Source of the DNA: an uncultured Coriobacteriaceae bacterium
GTDB lineage: Bacteria; Actinomycetota; Coriobacteriia; Anaerosomatales; SLCP01
Direction: 5' to 3'
NCBI GenBank assembly: GCA_964350345.1
Contig: CAYGKH010000003.1
Span: forward strand, 1-39,782
Length of the DNA stretch: 39,782 bases
Both the position numbers and the translations under genes were made by a program. Positions 26,501-35,313 of this stretch are shown piece by piece. The notes beneath the pieces are model-generated. The model had not been told where the DNA came from. It made no database searches and saw nothing but the letters and a program-made list of their open reading frames with translations. Positions within the stretch are counted from its first letter, which is position 1; each line of letters opens with the position of its first letter.

Positions 26501-27657
26501 GAAGGTTCGTCCGGCCCGGGAGGTGTCCCGAACACGTCCCCCTCGGCCAGGTTCGACACGTGTGCGTCACTGGCCGACATCGTGTTCTCTATCGCCGCGA
26601 GTGAGACTTCGCCGAGCAGCCGGCCGGCCTCATCGACCACGGCGACGTTGCGAAAACCCATACCGAGCATGCGGGAGAGCGCGTCTTTGAGCGTCGTGTC
26701 AGGATGCACCGCCGCCTCACGCCAGTCGACCAGCGTGCCTGCGTCTTCGGGCGTTGTGCCCGCATCGAGCACGCGGCGGTCGACCCATCCTTCTAGCCGA
26801 CCCGCTGTATCGATGAGATACACGAATCGCGCACCTCGGCATGGTGTGGGGTCGACACCCTCGGCTCCACGTGTCGTCACCTCGATGTCGGTGCTCATGA
26901 CGTCTACGACCCGTGCACGTCCGAGCCGCTTGAGGGCCCGATCGGCGCCCACGAAATCGTGCACGAACTTGCTTGAAGGATGGTCGAGGAGCACTTCGGG
27001 AGCGTCGTACTGCTCGAGTCTTCCTTCGCGCATGAGCGCGATCCGGTCACCGAGCCTGATCGCCTCGTCCACGTCGTGAGTAACGAACACCACCGTCTTC
27101 TTGAGCTCGCGCTGGATGCGCTCGAACTCCGCCTGCAGCCGCTCGCGGGTAAGGGGATCGACCGCTCCGAACGGCTCGTCCATCAGCAACACCGGCGGAT
27201 CGGCAGCAAGTGCGCGTGCCACACCCACGCGCTGCGCCTGACCACCGGACAGTTGGCGCGGGTACGCATCCGCATACTTCCCGGGCTCGAGCCCGACCAC
27301 GCCGAGGAGCTCGTGAACCCTCGGCTCCCAGCGACGGCGTTCCCACCCGAGCAGCTTCGGCACGGTCGCGATGTTCTCGGCGACGGTGAGGTGCGGGAAG
27401 AGCCCCACCGATTGGATAACGTAGCCGATGTGGCGCCTCAACTGCTCCGGGCGCACGCTCATCACGTCTCGACCGTCGACCTCGATCGTCCCCGATGTCG
27501 GCTCGATCAGTCGATTGATCATGCGAAGCGTGGTCGTCTTGCCGCAACCGCTCGGCCCGATCAACACGCAGACCTCGCCGCTGGCGACCTCAAGGGTCAC
27601 CCGGTCGACGGCCGTGACCTCGCCGTAGCGCTTCACGACGTCGCGCAAGACGATCAC
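26497..27657 (-). CDS. ABC transporter ATP-binding protein with tandem C-terminal CBS domains (OpuCA/ProV-like)
   Basis: Walker A GPSGCGKTT, signature LSGGQAQRVGVARAL, Walker B VLLMDEPF. The C-terminal 130 aa is CBS-like (VVDVMSTD...NVAVVDEAGRLLGEVS). Confidence 0.92.
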   Translation of the reverse strand: MIVLRDVVKRYGEVTAVDRVTLEVASGEVCVLIGPSGCGKTTTLRMINRLIEPTSGTIEVDGRDVMSVRPEQLRRHIGYVIQSVGLFPHLTVAENIATVPKLLGWERRRWEPRVHELLGVVGLEPGKYADAYPRQLSGGQAQRVGVARALAADPPVLLMDEPFGAVDPLTRERLQAEFERIQRELKKTVVFVTHDVDEAIRLGDRIALMREGRLEQYDAPEVLLDHPSSKFVHDFVGADRALKRLGRARVVDVMSTDIEVTTRGAEGVDPTPCRGARFVYLIDTAGRLEGWVDRRVLDAGTTPEDAGTLVDWREAAVHPDTTLKDALSRMLGMGFRNVAVVDEAGRLLGEVSLAAIENTMSASDAHVSNLAEGDVFGTPPGPDEPS

Positions 27658-28829
27658 GGTGTCGAACCCCCTTCTATGCCCGGCGAGACGACCGCCCGCC
27701 GAAGCACCCTCATGGACACGTCCGCGAGCACTGCAAGTATGACCATCGGGATCGCACCGAGAAGTATGAGGTCATCGGCCTGCTGTCCCCATCCCTGAAA
27801 CACCAGGATGCCGAGACCTCCAGCCCCGATGAACGCGGTCACCGCTGCGATGCCGATGACCAATACGGCCGCGGCACGGATCCCCTCGAGGATGAGCGGG
27901 AGCGCAAGCGGGGCCTCGACGCGCAACAACAACTGCGTGCGGCCCATGCCCATCCCACGTCCTGCGTCGAGCGCTCCGGGGTCCACGCCCGCCAGGCCAA
28001 CGAATGTGTTGCGCATGATCGGCAGGAGCGCATAGAGCGTGAGCGCGATGATCGCAGGTGTCGTGCCGATCGCGGTGACCCCGAGGGCCGCCAGCGGGGT
28101 GATCAGCAGCCCGAGCATGGCCATAGAGGGAATCGTCTGGATCACGCTCACGATCCCGAGTCCGATCTGGCGCACCCGCCGGCTGCGCGAGGCATACACG
28201 CCGAGAGGTACGCCGACCAGTGTCCCGAACGCCAGACCCGAGCCGGCGAGCACCAGGTGTTGGTTCACGAGCGTCCAGAAGCGGCGGGACTGAGCGGCAT
28301 ACTCGCGGGCGAGAGAAAGCTCACCTGCGCCGCCCCACACTCCTGCTGCGCCCGCGGCAAGGATCACCGCGACGAGCACTCCCCGACGCAGCAGCGGGGT
28401 GTCGACGCCCCGGGTGCCCGCGAACCAGAGTATCGCGCCGCCCACCGCGACAAGCCAGGCCCCCGGCCCGATAGACACCCGCGCAATCTCGGGCACGCCA
28501 TCGAGTAGGCGCGCCGCACCAGCTCCGAGCGCCCATGGAAGCGCTGATATCAGTAGTCCACCAAGCGCTAACACTGCGGGAGACCGCACACGACCCCGCG
28601 GCATGAACGAGGCCATCAGCGCTACGACACAGGCAGACAGCACGAACCAGCCCCATGCGCCTGCCGCCCCGAAAGGCTCGGGTGATCCACTCACGATGCG
28701 ATTCGGCCGAAACTCCAACAGCGGCAATAGAAGACATCCCGCAAGCGCGACCACAGCACCGAATGCGGCGACCCGGTCGACACGTCCCGTGGGCCGTCCT
28801 CGGTTACCGTCGTGTTCAGGGATGGCCAT
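27654..28829 (-). CDS. ABC transporter permease (OpuCB-like) with a roughly 170-aa N-terminal multi-TM extension
   Basis: The C-terminal 210 aa has the same BPD_transp_1 pattern as 25748..26500 (VGLAGVDPGALDAGRGMGMGRTQLLLRVEAPLA). The N-terminal part adds 4-5 hydrophobic helices. Confidence 0.85.
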   Translation of the reverse strand: MAIPEHDGNRGRPTGRVDRVAAFGAVVALAGCLLLPLLEFRPNRIVSGSPEPFGAAGAWGWFVLSACVVALMASFMPRGRVRSPAVLALGGLLISALPWALGAGAARLLDGVPEIARVSIGPGAWLVAVGGAILWFAGTRGVDTPLLRRGVLVAVILAAGAAGVWGGAGELSLAREYAAQSRRFWTLVNQHLVLAGSGLAFGTLVGVPLGVYASRSRRVRQIGLGIVSVIQTIPSMAMLGLLITPLAALGVTAIGTTPAIIALTLYALLPIMRNTFVGLAGVDPGALDAGRGMGMGRTQLLLRVEAPLALPLILEGIRAAAVLVIGIAAVTAFIGAGGLGILVFQGWGQQADDLILLGAIPMVILAVLADVSMRVLRRAVVSPGIEGGSTP

Positions 28830-28835
28830 CGCTCC

Positions 28836-29804
28836 TTACTCGATGAAGCCCTCAGCCCGCAGCCATCCCTCGGCAACATCACGAGCGTCCTGCCCTTCGA
28901 GAGCCACCTGAGCGTTGAGAGACTGCAAGGTCTCGAGGTCGAGGCGGCTGAAGATCGGTGCAAGAATGCCTGCGATCTCGGGATACTCGTCGATGACCTC
29001 ACTTCGGAAGACCGGAGCGGGCTGGTAGATCGGCTGTGCGCCCAGCGGATCGGCAAGCACGACAAGGTCGAGCGCCGAGATCGTGCCGTCAGTCCCGTAC
29101 GCCATCGCGGCGTTCACCCCGTCCGTTCCTTCGGCCGCAGCCTTCACGGTGACGGCCGTGTCACCTGTGGCAAGTGCAACCTTCTGGTCCGCGCTCAGTG
29201 TGAACCCGTATGCTTCCTCGAACCCCGGCATCGCGTCGGCGCGGTCGAAGAACTCCTGCGAGCCTGCGATCCGTACCTCGCCGCCATCGTTGATGTACAT
29301 CGCCCAGTCCTCGAGCGTAGCGATGGCGTTGCCTTCGGCGAACTGGCGCGGAACGGCGATCGCCCACGTGTTGTTCGCTGGTGCCGGCTCGAGCCAGACG
29401 ATACCCTCGTTAGCCAGATCGAGTTCGGCTGCCATCTCATACGTGGCGCGGGCATCGGTGAGGACCGCTGGATCGATCTGCTCGTCAGCGTAAAAGACCG
29501 TCACAGCATTCGCCGTGTACTCGGGGTATGCGTCGATCTCCCCCGCCAGCAGAGCCCTGCGCACGACATCGGTCGCCCCGGTGCGCATGCGGTCTACGAC
29601 CTCGATGCCTTCGGCCTCCAGCGCCGCCGCCATGAGATACCCCAGGATCGGGCCCTCGACATCGATCTTGGATCCGATCGTCACCGGCGCCCGCGAAGCA
29701 TCCGGTACATCGCCGACCGGCTCGTCGGCATCTTCGGTAGCACATGCTGCAAGCATCGTCATAGCGAGACAGAAGACCATGCCAGCCATAAGTATCCTTC
29801 GCAT
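28836..29804 (-). CDS. Osmoprotectant (glycine betaine/choline family) substrate-binding lipoprotein, OpuCC-like
   Basis: Lipobox MTMLAAC-ATED. OpuBC-type pattern (GSKIDVEGPILG, EIDAYPEYT, IVWLEPAPANNTWA). GAGGAGGA RBS. Confidence 0.85.
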   Translation of the reverse strand: MRRILMAGMVFCLAMTMLAACATEDADEPVGDVPDASRAPVTIGSKIDVEGPILGYLMAAALEAEGIEVVDRMRTGATDVVRRALLAGEIDAYPEYTANAVTVFYADEQIDPAVLTDARATYEMAAELDLANEGIVWLEPAPANNTWAIAVPRQFAEGNAIATLEDWAMYINDGGEVRIAGSQEFFDRADAMPGFEEAYGFTLSADQKVALATGDTAVTVKAAAEGTDGVNAAMAYGTDGTISALDLVVLADPLGAQPIYQPAPVFRSEVIDEYPEIAGILAPIFSRLDLETLQSLNAQVALEGQDARDVAEGWLRAEGFIE

Positions 29805-29995
29805 CCGCGTCCTCCTCGAGTTCGGGCAGGCAGGAATTGGACGCCAGCCGTTCCTTTCTATCTATCCAACTGCTGGTAGTATTAACGGCGATTTCCTTCG
29901 GAGGACGGTTCGATTACGGATAGGTCCATGGCGCTTCCCCCGACGCTGCCGAGCCATTACCCTGAACGCGGCTGCTGCTCGACGAAAGGACGACA

Positions 29996-31324
29996 ATGCC
30001 TGAGAAGATCACAGTGTTCGGTGCGGGATACGTGGGGCTGGTGACGGGCGTGTGCCTCGCCTCGTCGGGCCACGATGTCACCGTACTCGATGTCGACCGT
30101 GCCAAGCTGGACGCCCTTGAGAAAGGACGCTGCCCCTTCTTCGAGCCCGGGCTCGAGGACCTCATTGCAGATGCGACGGGAGCCGGACGCCTCCGGTTCG
30201 ACGAACCCTCCCCGACGGCACGCCTCAGCGGCATCCTGATCATCGCGGTAGGTACGCCCGCCACAGCCGTCGGCTCAGCAGATATGCGCTACATCCGTGC
30301 GGTCGTCGATCAGATCGAGCAGAACGCAGACCCCGGAACAGTCGCAGTGATGAAGAGCACCGTGCCTCCGGGGACCGGCGCGCAGATAGCAGAGCGCCTC
30401 AAGGTCACCGGCGTCGACTACGTCTCCAACCCGGAGTTCCTGCGTGAGGGCAGCGCTGTGAAGGACTGGTTCCACACCGATCGAGTGGTCCTCGGCGGAT
30501 CGACGCGCGCTGTCGAGCGCGTACGCGAACTCTACTCGGACATCGATGCCCCGGTGCTTGCCTGCGACATCACGAGCGCGGAGATGGTCAAGTACGCAGC
30601 TAACGCGTTCCTGGCGACAAAGATCTCGTTCATCAACGAGATAGCCGTACTGTGCGACCGGATGGGAGCCAGCGTGGACGAGGTCTCCTACGGCATCGGT
30701 CTGGACAACCGGATCGGACCTGCGTTCCTGCGGCCCGGCATCGGATACGGCGGATCGTGCTTCCCGAAGGACACCCGGGCGCTCGACTTCCTTGCCACGC
30801 TGCACGGATATGACTTTCACCTCCTGCGCGCGGTGATCGACGTGAACTCCCGCCAGCGCCTCCTTCCTGTACGCGCGCTCAAGACGCACTTCGGCTCGCT
30901 CGAAGACCTTCGGGTAGCGATCCTGGGCCTCACCTTCAAGCCTGAGACCGACGACACCCGGGAGTCTCCGGCGATCGAAATCGCCGACCTGCTTGAGGCC
31001 GAAGGGGCAGACGTGATCGGCTACAACCCGATCCCCGTCACGCTTCCTGACGGTCCTCCCGTCGCCGAAAGCCTCGCTGAGGCCGTACGCGACGCCGACG
31101 CGGTGATCCTCGCGACCGAGTGGGCCGAGATCGTCGGCGCGGATTGGCCGGCGCTCATAGCGACGATGCGCCCGACCCCGTTCGTCTTCGACGGACGCAA
31201 CGGCCTCGATCCGGGCGTGATACAGCGTGCTGGAGCAGTCTATGTCGGCGTCGGCCGGCCGAACGGACCCGGCTGCACGAGCCTCGGAACAGATGAGGGC
31301 GCTGGCGAGGAGGCGGACCGGTGA
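29996..31324 (+). CDS. ugd: UDP-glucose 6-dehydrogenase family protein
   Basis: Rossmann motif ITVFGAGYVGLVTG. NPEFLREGSA. Catalytic Cys motif GYGGSCFPKD. C-terminal UDP-binding GLTFKPETDDTRESP. AAGGA sits 6 nt upstream of the ATG. Confidence 0.92.
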   Translation: MPEKITVFGAGYVGLVTGVCLASSGHDVTVLDVDRAKLDALEKGRCPFFEPGLEDLIADATGAGRLRFDEPSPTARLSGILIIAVGTPATAVGSADMRYIRAVVDQIEQNADPGTVAVMKSTVPPGTGAQIAERLKVTGVDYVSNPEFLREGSAVKDWFHTDRVVLGGSTRAVERVRELYSDIDAPVLACDITSAEMVKYAANAFLATKISFINEIAVLCDRMGASVDEVSYGIGLDNRIGPAFLRPGIGYGGSCFPKDTRALDFLATLHGYDFHLLRAVIDVNSRQRLLPVRALKTHFGSLEDLRVAILGLTFKPETDDTRESPAIEIADLLEAEGADVIGYNPIPVTLPDGPPVAESLAEAVRDADAVILATEWAEIVGADWPALIATMRPTPFVFDGRNGLDPGVIQRAGAVYVGVGRPNGPGCTSLGTDEGAGEEADR

Positions 31325-32460
31325 TGAGCGGGCCCTTCCACCTGATCGACCAGGCGCTGGAGCCGATTGCGGCGAAGGTGCTCGCTGGTGAGCGCCTAGA
31401 CGCTACCGACGGCCTTGCGCTCTACTCGACGCGCGACCTCCTCGGCGTCGGCCAGATGGCCGACCACGTGCGGCGCCGGATCAACGGCGAGCGCGTCCAC
31501 TTCATGGTCAACCGCCATATCAACCCCACCAACATCTGCGAGAACCGATGCAAGTTCTGCGCCTTCTCCAGAAGCGCGGGGCAGAAGGGCGCCTACGAGA
31601 TGACGCTCGATGAGATCGTCGCGCGGGCGCGGGAGTGTGTGCCCGAGGGCGCGCACGAGGTCCACATCGTGGGCGGCCTGCACCCCGAGTGGCCTTTCGA
31701 GTTCTACGTCGAGATGATGGCCGCTCTGCGTGAGGCGCTCCCCGCCCACGTCATCATCCAGGCGTTCACAGCTGTCGAGATCGATTTCTACGCCCGTATC
31801 AGCGGCCTGTCGACCCTCGAGGTCCTCTCGCGCCTCAAGGATGCCGGCTTGGACGCGATGCCCGGGGGCGGAGCCGAGATCTTCTCGGAGCGGACGAGGC
31901 TCGCCGCCTGGGAGAAAAAGACCTCCGCCGATGACTGGCTGCGCATCCACGGCGAGGCGCACTCGCTCGGCATCAAGACGAACTGCACGATGCTCTACGG
32001 TCACATCGAGACGCTCGAGGAGCGCGTCGATCATCTCATCCGCCTGCGCGAGCAGCAGAATGCCAGTGGCGGCTTCCTCGCGTTCATTCCGCTGGCCTTC
32101 CATCCCGCGAACACTGAACTGTCGAACCTCCCGGGAACGACCGGGTTCGACGACCTCAAGACGCTCGCGATCGCGCGTCTCATGCTTGACAACATCCCGC
32201 ACATCAAGGCTTTCTGGATCATGGTGGGCCTCAAGGTAGCGCAACTCTCGACCGCCTTCGGAGTCGACGATATCGACGGCACGGTCATCGAAGAGCGCAT
32301 CACGCACATGGCGGGTGCCACCACTCCTGAAGCACTGTCGAAGGAAGAGCTGGTGGAACTGATCGCCGAGACGGGACACACCCCGGTCGAGCGCGACACA
32401 CTCTACCGCGTGATCCAGGTCTACACAGACGCGTGCACCCCTATCTGCGACGGGAAGTGA
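31321..32460 (+). CDS. mqnE: Radical SAM aminodeoxyfutalosine synthase (MqnE-type)
   Basis: CxxxCxxC cluster in VHFMVNRHINPTNICENRCKFCAF. TMLYGHIE, KAFWIMVG and DGTVIEERITHMAG match the MqnE (SCO4494-family) pattern as I recall it, rather than MqnC. GTG 31321 and ATG 31324 both overlap the ugd stop (GTGATGA). Confidence 0.78.
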   Translation: MMSGPFHLIDQALEPIAAKVLAGERLDATDGLALYSTRDLLGVGQMADHVRRRINGERVHFMVNRHINPTNICENRCKFCAFSRSAGQKGAYEMTLDEIVARARECVPEGAHEVHIVGGLHPEWPFEFYVEMMAALREALPAHVIIQAFTAVEIDFYARISGLSTLEVLSRLKDAGLDAMPGGGAEIFSERTRLAAWEKKTSADDWLRIHGEAHSLGIKTNCTMLYGHIETLEERVDHLIRLREQQNASGGFLAFIPLAFHPANTELSNLPGTTGFDDLKTLAIARLMLDNIPHIKAFWIMVGLKVAQLSTAFGVDDIDGTVIEERITHMAGATTPEALSKEELVELIAETGHTPVERDTLYRVIQVYTDACTPICDGK

Positions 32461-32469
32461 CATAGAGCC

Positions 32470-33300
32470 GTGCGCCCGCGCCTCGGCCACATCCAGTTCC
32501 TTAACTGCCTGCCGCTCTACTACGGCCTCGTCAAGAACGACGTGCTGCTCGACGTGGATCTCGTGAAGGCCGCGCCCCGCGACCTCGCGGCCCGGCTGCT
32601 CGACAACGAGCTCGACATCGCTCCCATCCCCGCGATCGAGTACGCACGACATGCCGACGAACTCGTGCTCCTGCCCGATATCGCGATCTCCAGTCTCGGC
32701 GAGGTGCAGTCAATCCTGCTTCTCGCGAAGCGGTCGGTGCACGAGCTCGACGGCTCGACCGTCGCGTTGACCGACACCTCCAGAACCTCCCAGGTGCTCG
32801 TCCGCATACTCCTCGAGCGGCGCTGGCGTGTGCAGCCTGCGTACGTCGAGATGCCCGCCGACCTGCCGATGATGATGCGCGAGGCCGAAGCGGCACTTCT
32901 CATCGGCGACGACGCTCTGCGCACGTATTGGGAGCCTCCCGCAACACTCACCATCTACGACCTCGGCCGAGAGTGGACCGACTGGACCGGACTTCCGATG
33001 GTCTACGCGGTCTGGGCGGTGCGGCGCGAGTTCGCCGAGTCCCGTCCGGATGCGGTCAACGCAGTCGCCGACGCGCTCTCCGGCTCGCTCGACTACTGTC
33101 GCGCGCATCTCGATGACATCTCCGCCTACGCCGCTCGCTGGGAGCCATTCCCCGCCGAACGGTTCCGCTCCTACTTCGACGCACTCCAGTTCCGCTTCGA
33201 GCCACGGTATCGCGAGGGCCTGACCCGCTACCTCGCCGAAGCGCATGCGGTCGGTCAGATCGATGAGGTACCCGGACTCGTCGTCTTCGGAGAGGGGTGA
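32470..33300 (+). CDS. mqnA: Chorismate dehydratase (MqnA)
   Basis: LGHIQFLNCLPLYYGL, LDIAPIPAIEYARH, LLIGDDAL and PMVYAVWAV are MqnA/VitK2-biosynthesis family features. GTG start 9 nt after the mqnE stop. Confidence 0.85.
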   Translation: MRPRLGHIQFLNCLPLYYGLVKNDVLLDVDLVKAAPRDLAARLLDNELDIAPIPAIEYARHADELVLLPDIAISSLGEVQSILLLAKRSVHELDGSTVALTDTSRTSQVLVRILLERRWRVQPAYVEMPADLPMMMREAEAALLIGDDALRTYWEPPATLTIYDLGREWTDWTGLPMVYAVWAVRREFAESRPDAVNAVADALSGSLDYCRAHLDDISAYAARWEPFPAERFRSYFDALQFRFEPRYREGLTRYLAEAHAVGQIDEVPGLVVFGEG

Positions 33301-33304
33301 TCAC

Positions 33305-34408
33305 GTGGCGCCCGATCTGCGCGACATCGCACTGGCGACCGCCCGCGGCGAGCACCGGCTCTCCCCCGCAGAAGCACTCGCACTGCTGGAGCGTGGCGAT
33401 CTCCTCACCCTCGGCGCAGCAGCCTCGGCGATGCGGGAGCGACTACACCCCGGAGGCGACGTCACCTTCATCGTCGACCGCAACGTCAACTACACCAACG
33501 TCTGCATGAGTCGCTGCACCTTCTGCGCCTTCTACCGCGATGCGGGCGACACCGATGCATACGTCCTGGACCCCGGCGAACTCTCCGTCAAGGTCGCCGA
33601 GACGATCGACCTCGGCGGTACCGCCATCCTTCTCCAGGGCGGGATGCATCCTGAACTCGATATCGGCTTCTACGAGGAGATGTTGCGCTGCATCAAATCC
33701 GCCCACCCCTCAATCCATGTGCACGGCTTCGGGCCGCCCGAGGTCGTACACATCGCGCGCCTGAGCGGGCTCGACACGCGGGCGGTGCTCGTACGCCTGC
33801 GCGACGCCGGACTCGACTCACTGCCGGGCGGCGGGGCGGAGATCCTGGTGGACAGCGTCCGCTCCCATCTCTCTCCGAAGAAGGCCACTTCTGAAGAGTG
33901 GCTCGGCGTGATGCGCGAAGCTCATCACCTCGGGATGTCGACGACAGCCACCATGATGTTCGGCAGCCACGAGACCTCTTCCGACCGGGTCGAGCATCTA
34001 CGCCGGATACGCGAGGTCCAAGACGACGCGGTAGCGGCAGGACAGGTCGGATTCCGGGCCTTCATCCCGTGGTCGTTCCAACCCGGCAACACCGAGTACG
34101 CCGAGTCCAATCCGGTGAGCACTGCGAGCGGGTGGGAGTACCTTCGCATGCTTGCGGTCTCACGCCTCTTCCTCGACAGCTTCGAGAATCTGCAGGCCTC
34201 ATGGGTCACGCAGGGCGCCAAAATCGGACAGGTGGCCCTGGCGTTCGGAGCAAACGACATGGGCTCGACGATGATCGAGGAGAACGTGGTTGCCGCTGCG
34301 GGCACTCGCTTCATGCTCGCGCGCGAAGAGCTCGTGCGACTGATCGCCGACGCCGGTTACTCGCCCGTCCAGCGCGACACACTCTATCGCGACGTGAAGC
34401 GCTACTAG
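33305..34408 (+). CDS. mqnC: Radical SAM cyclic dehypoxanthinyl futalosine synthase (MqnC-type)
   Basis: TFIVDRNVNYTNVCMSRCTFCAFYR, GFRAFIPWSFQPGNT, YLRMLAVSRLFLD and MIEENVVAAAG match the MqnC pattern as I recall it. I prefer the in-frame GTG at 33305 (GGAGAGGGG upstream, 4 nt after the mqnA stop); the track start at 33245 overlaps mqnA. Confidence 0.78.
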   Translation: MAPDLRDIALATARGEHRLSPAEALALLERGDLLTLGAAASAMRERLHPGGDVTFIVDRNVNYTNVCMSRCTFCAFYRDAGDTDAYVLDPGELSVKVAETIDLGGTAILLQGGMHPELDIGFYEEMLRCIKSAHPSIHVHGFGPPEVVHIARLSGLDTRAVLVRLRDAGLDSLPGGGAEILVDSVRSHLSPKKATSEEWLGVMREAHHLGMSTTATMMFGSHETSSDRVEHLRRIREVQDDAVAAGQVGFRAFIPWSFQPGNTEYAESNPVSTASGWEYLRMLAVSRLFLDSFENLQASWVTQGAKIGQVALAFGANDMGSTMIEENVVAAAGTRFMLAREELVRLIADAGYSPVQRDTLYRDVKRY

Positions 34409-34468
34409 CACAGGCGCTATGGTGCGCCCGCACCGGCTCGGGTACGCTTCAACAAGGAGGTGTCGCAC

Positions 34469-35311
34469 ATGTCCGACCAGCAGGTACCCCGCGTTGCGTT
34501 CGGTGTCTGCGGAGGCTCCGGGACGCTCAGCCTCGGCACGGCAGGATCGCTGCCCGACGAACGAGTCACCGTCCTCGCCGAGGACCTCGTCTTCGTCACC
34601 CCGTTCGGGCGCTCCCCCGCATTCACCCACATCCGCGTCGACGGCCCACGCGGTCTGCGGGACGCACTCACCGTGCGCATGCACGGCTGGCGCCGGGGCG
34701 TGAAGCGCGCCGATGCGAGCCTGCAGGTCTTCTGGGTCTTCCACGAGGCCGGTGTCTCAAAGGTGCTTGCAGACGGTGGCGTCGGCTCCCTCAACCACCT
34801 CCTCGACCCGCGTGATGTGGTCATCCCGAACGACTTCATCGACCTCACCACCAAGCAGGACATCTACGTCCGGGGAGACCACCTGCTCATCATGCGCCAG
34901 CCGGTGTGCCCGGATCTCGCCGATCACCTCTACGCAGCAGCGAGCGAGCCCTTCGGGCGGGTGTTTCGCCGCGCGAACTACCTGGTGACCGACGGACCGC
35001 GCTTCGAGAGTGTGGCCGAGATCGACTATATGAAGCGTCTCGGAGGGGACATCATCGGCCAGTCTCTGGCCCCCGAGATCTTCCTCGCGCGCGACATCGG
35101 CGCATGCTACGCCGGCATCTATATGGTCGTGAACTACGCCGAGGGCGTGGTCCGTGAATGGGAGCACTCAGAACTCAAAGCGATCTTCTTCGAGGAGTCC
35201 GCCCATATCGCGCGCTGCGTGATCGATGCGGTCAGTAGCGCCGACCTTGACGCGACCTGCGGCTGCATGGATCTGCGCAAGCCAAGTCTCCTCGGTCTGC
35301 CGGAGGAGTAG
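34469..35311 (+). CDS. Divergent MTAP-family (trimeric purine nucleoside phosphorylase fold) enzyme, substrate unknown
   Basis: Aligns by hand with MTAP over its full length: FGVCGGSGT / VTPFGRSP / MHGWRRG / GVGSLN / NDFIDLTT / TDGPRFESVAEI / APEIFLARDIGACYAGI. ATG 34469 lies 8 nt after AAGGAGG. Confidence 0.8.
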   Translation: MSDQQVPRVAFGVCGGSGTLSLGTAGSLPDERVTVLAEDLVFVTPFGRSPAFTHIRVDGPRGLRDALTVRMHGWRRGVKRADASLQVFWVFHEAGVSKVLADGGVGSLNHLLDPRDVVIPNDFIDLTTKQDIYVRGDHLLIMRQPVCPDLADHLYAAASEPFGRVFRRANYLVTDGPRFESVAEIDYMKRLGGDIIGQSLAPEIFLARDIGACYAGIYMVVNYAEGVVREWEHSELKAIFFEESAHIARCVIDAVSSADLDATCGCMDLRKPSLLGLPEE

Positions 35312-35313
35312 CC

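Noticed and set aside
28812-29879. 355-aa plus-strand ORF
   Set aside because: It lies antisense to the substrate-binding lipoprotein gene and shows no motifs.
29895-29930. tRNA T-loop-like string GGTTCGATTACGG in the opuC/ugd divergent region
   Set aside because: I could not build an acceptor stem, a D-arm or an anticodon arm around it. It is most likely part of the ugd 5' UTR.
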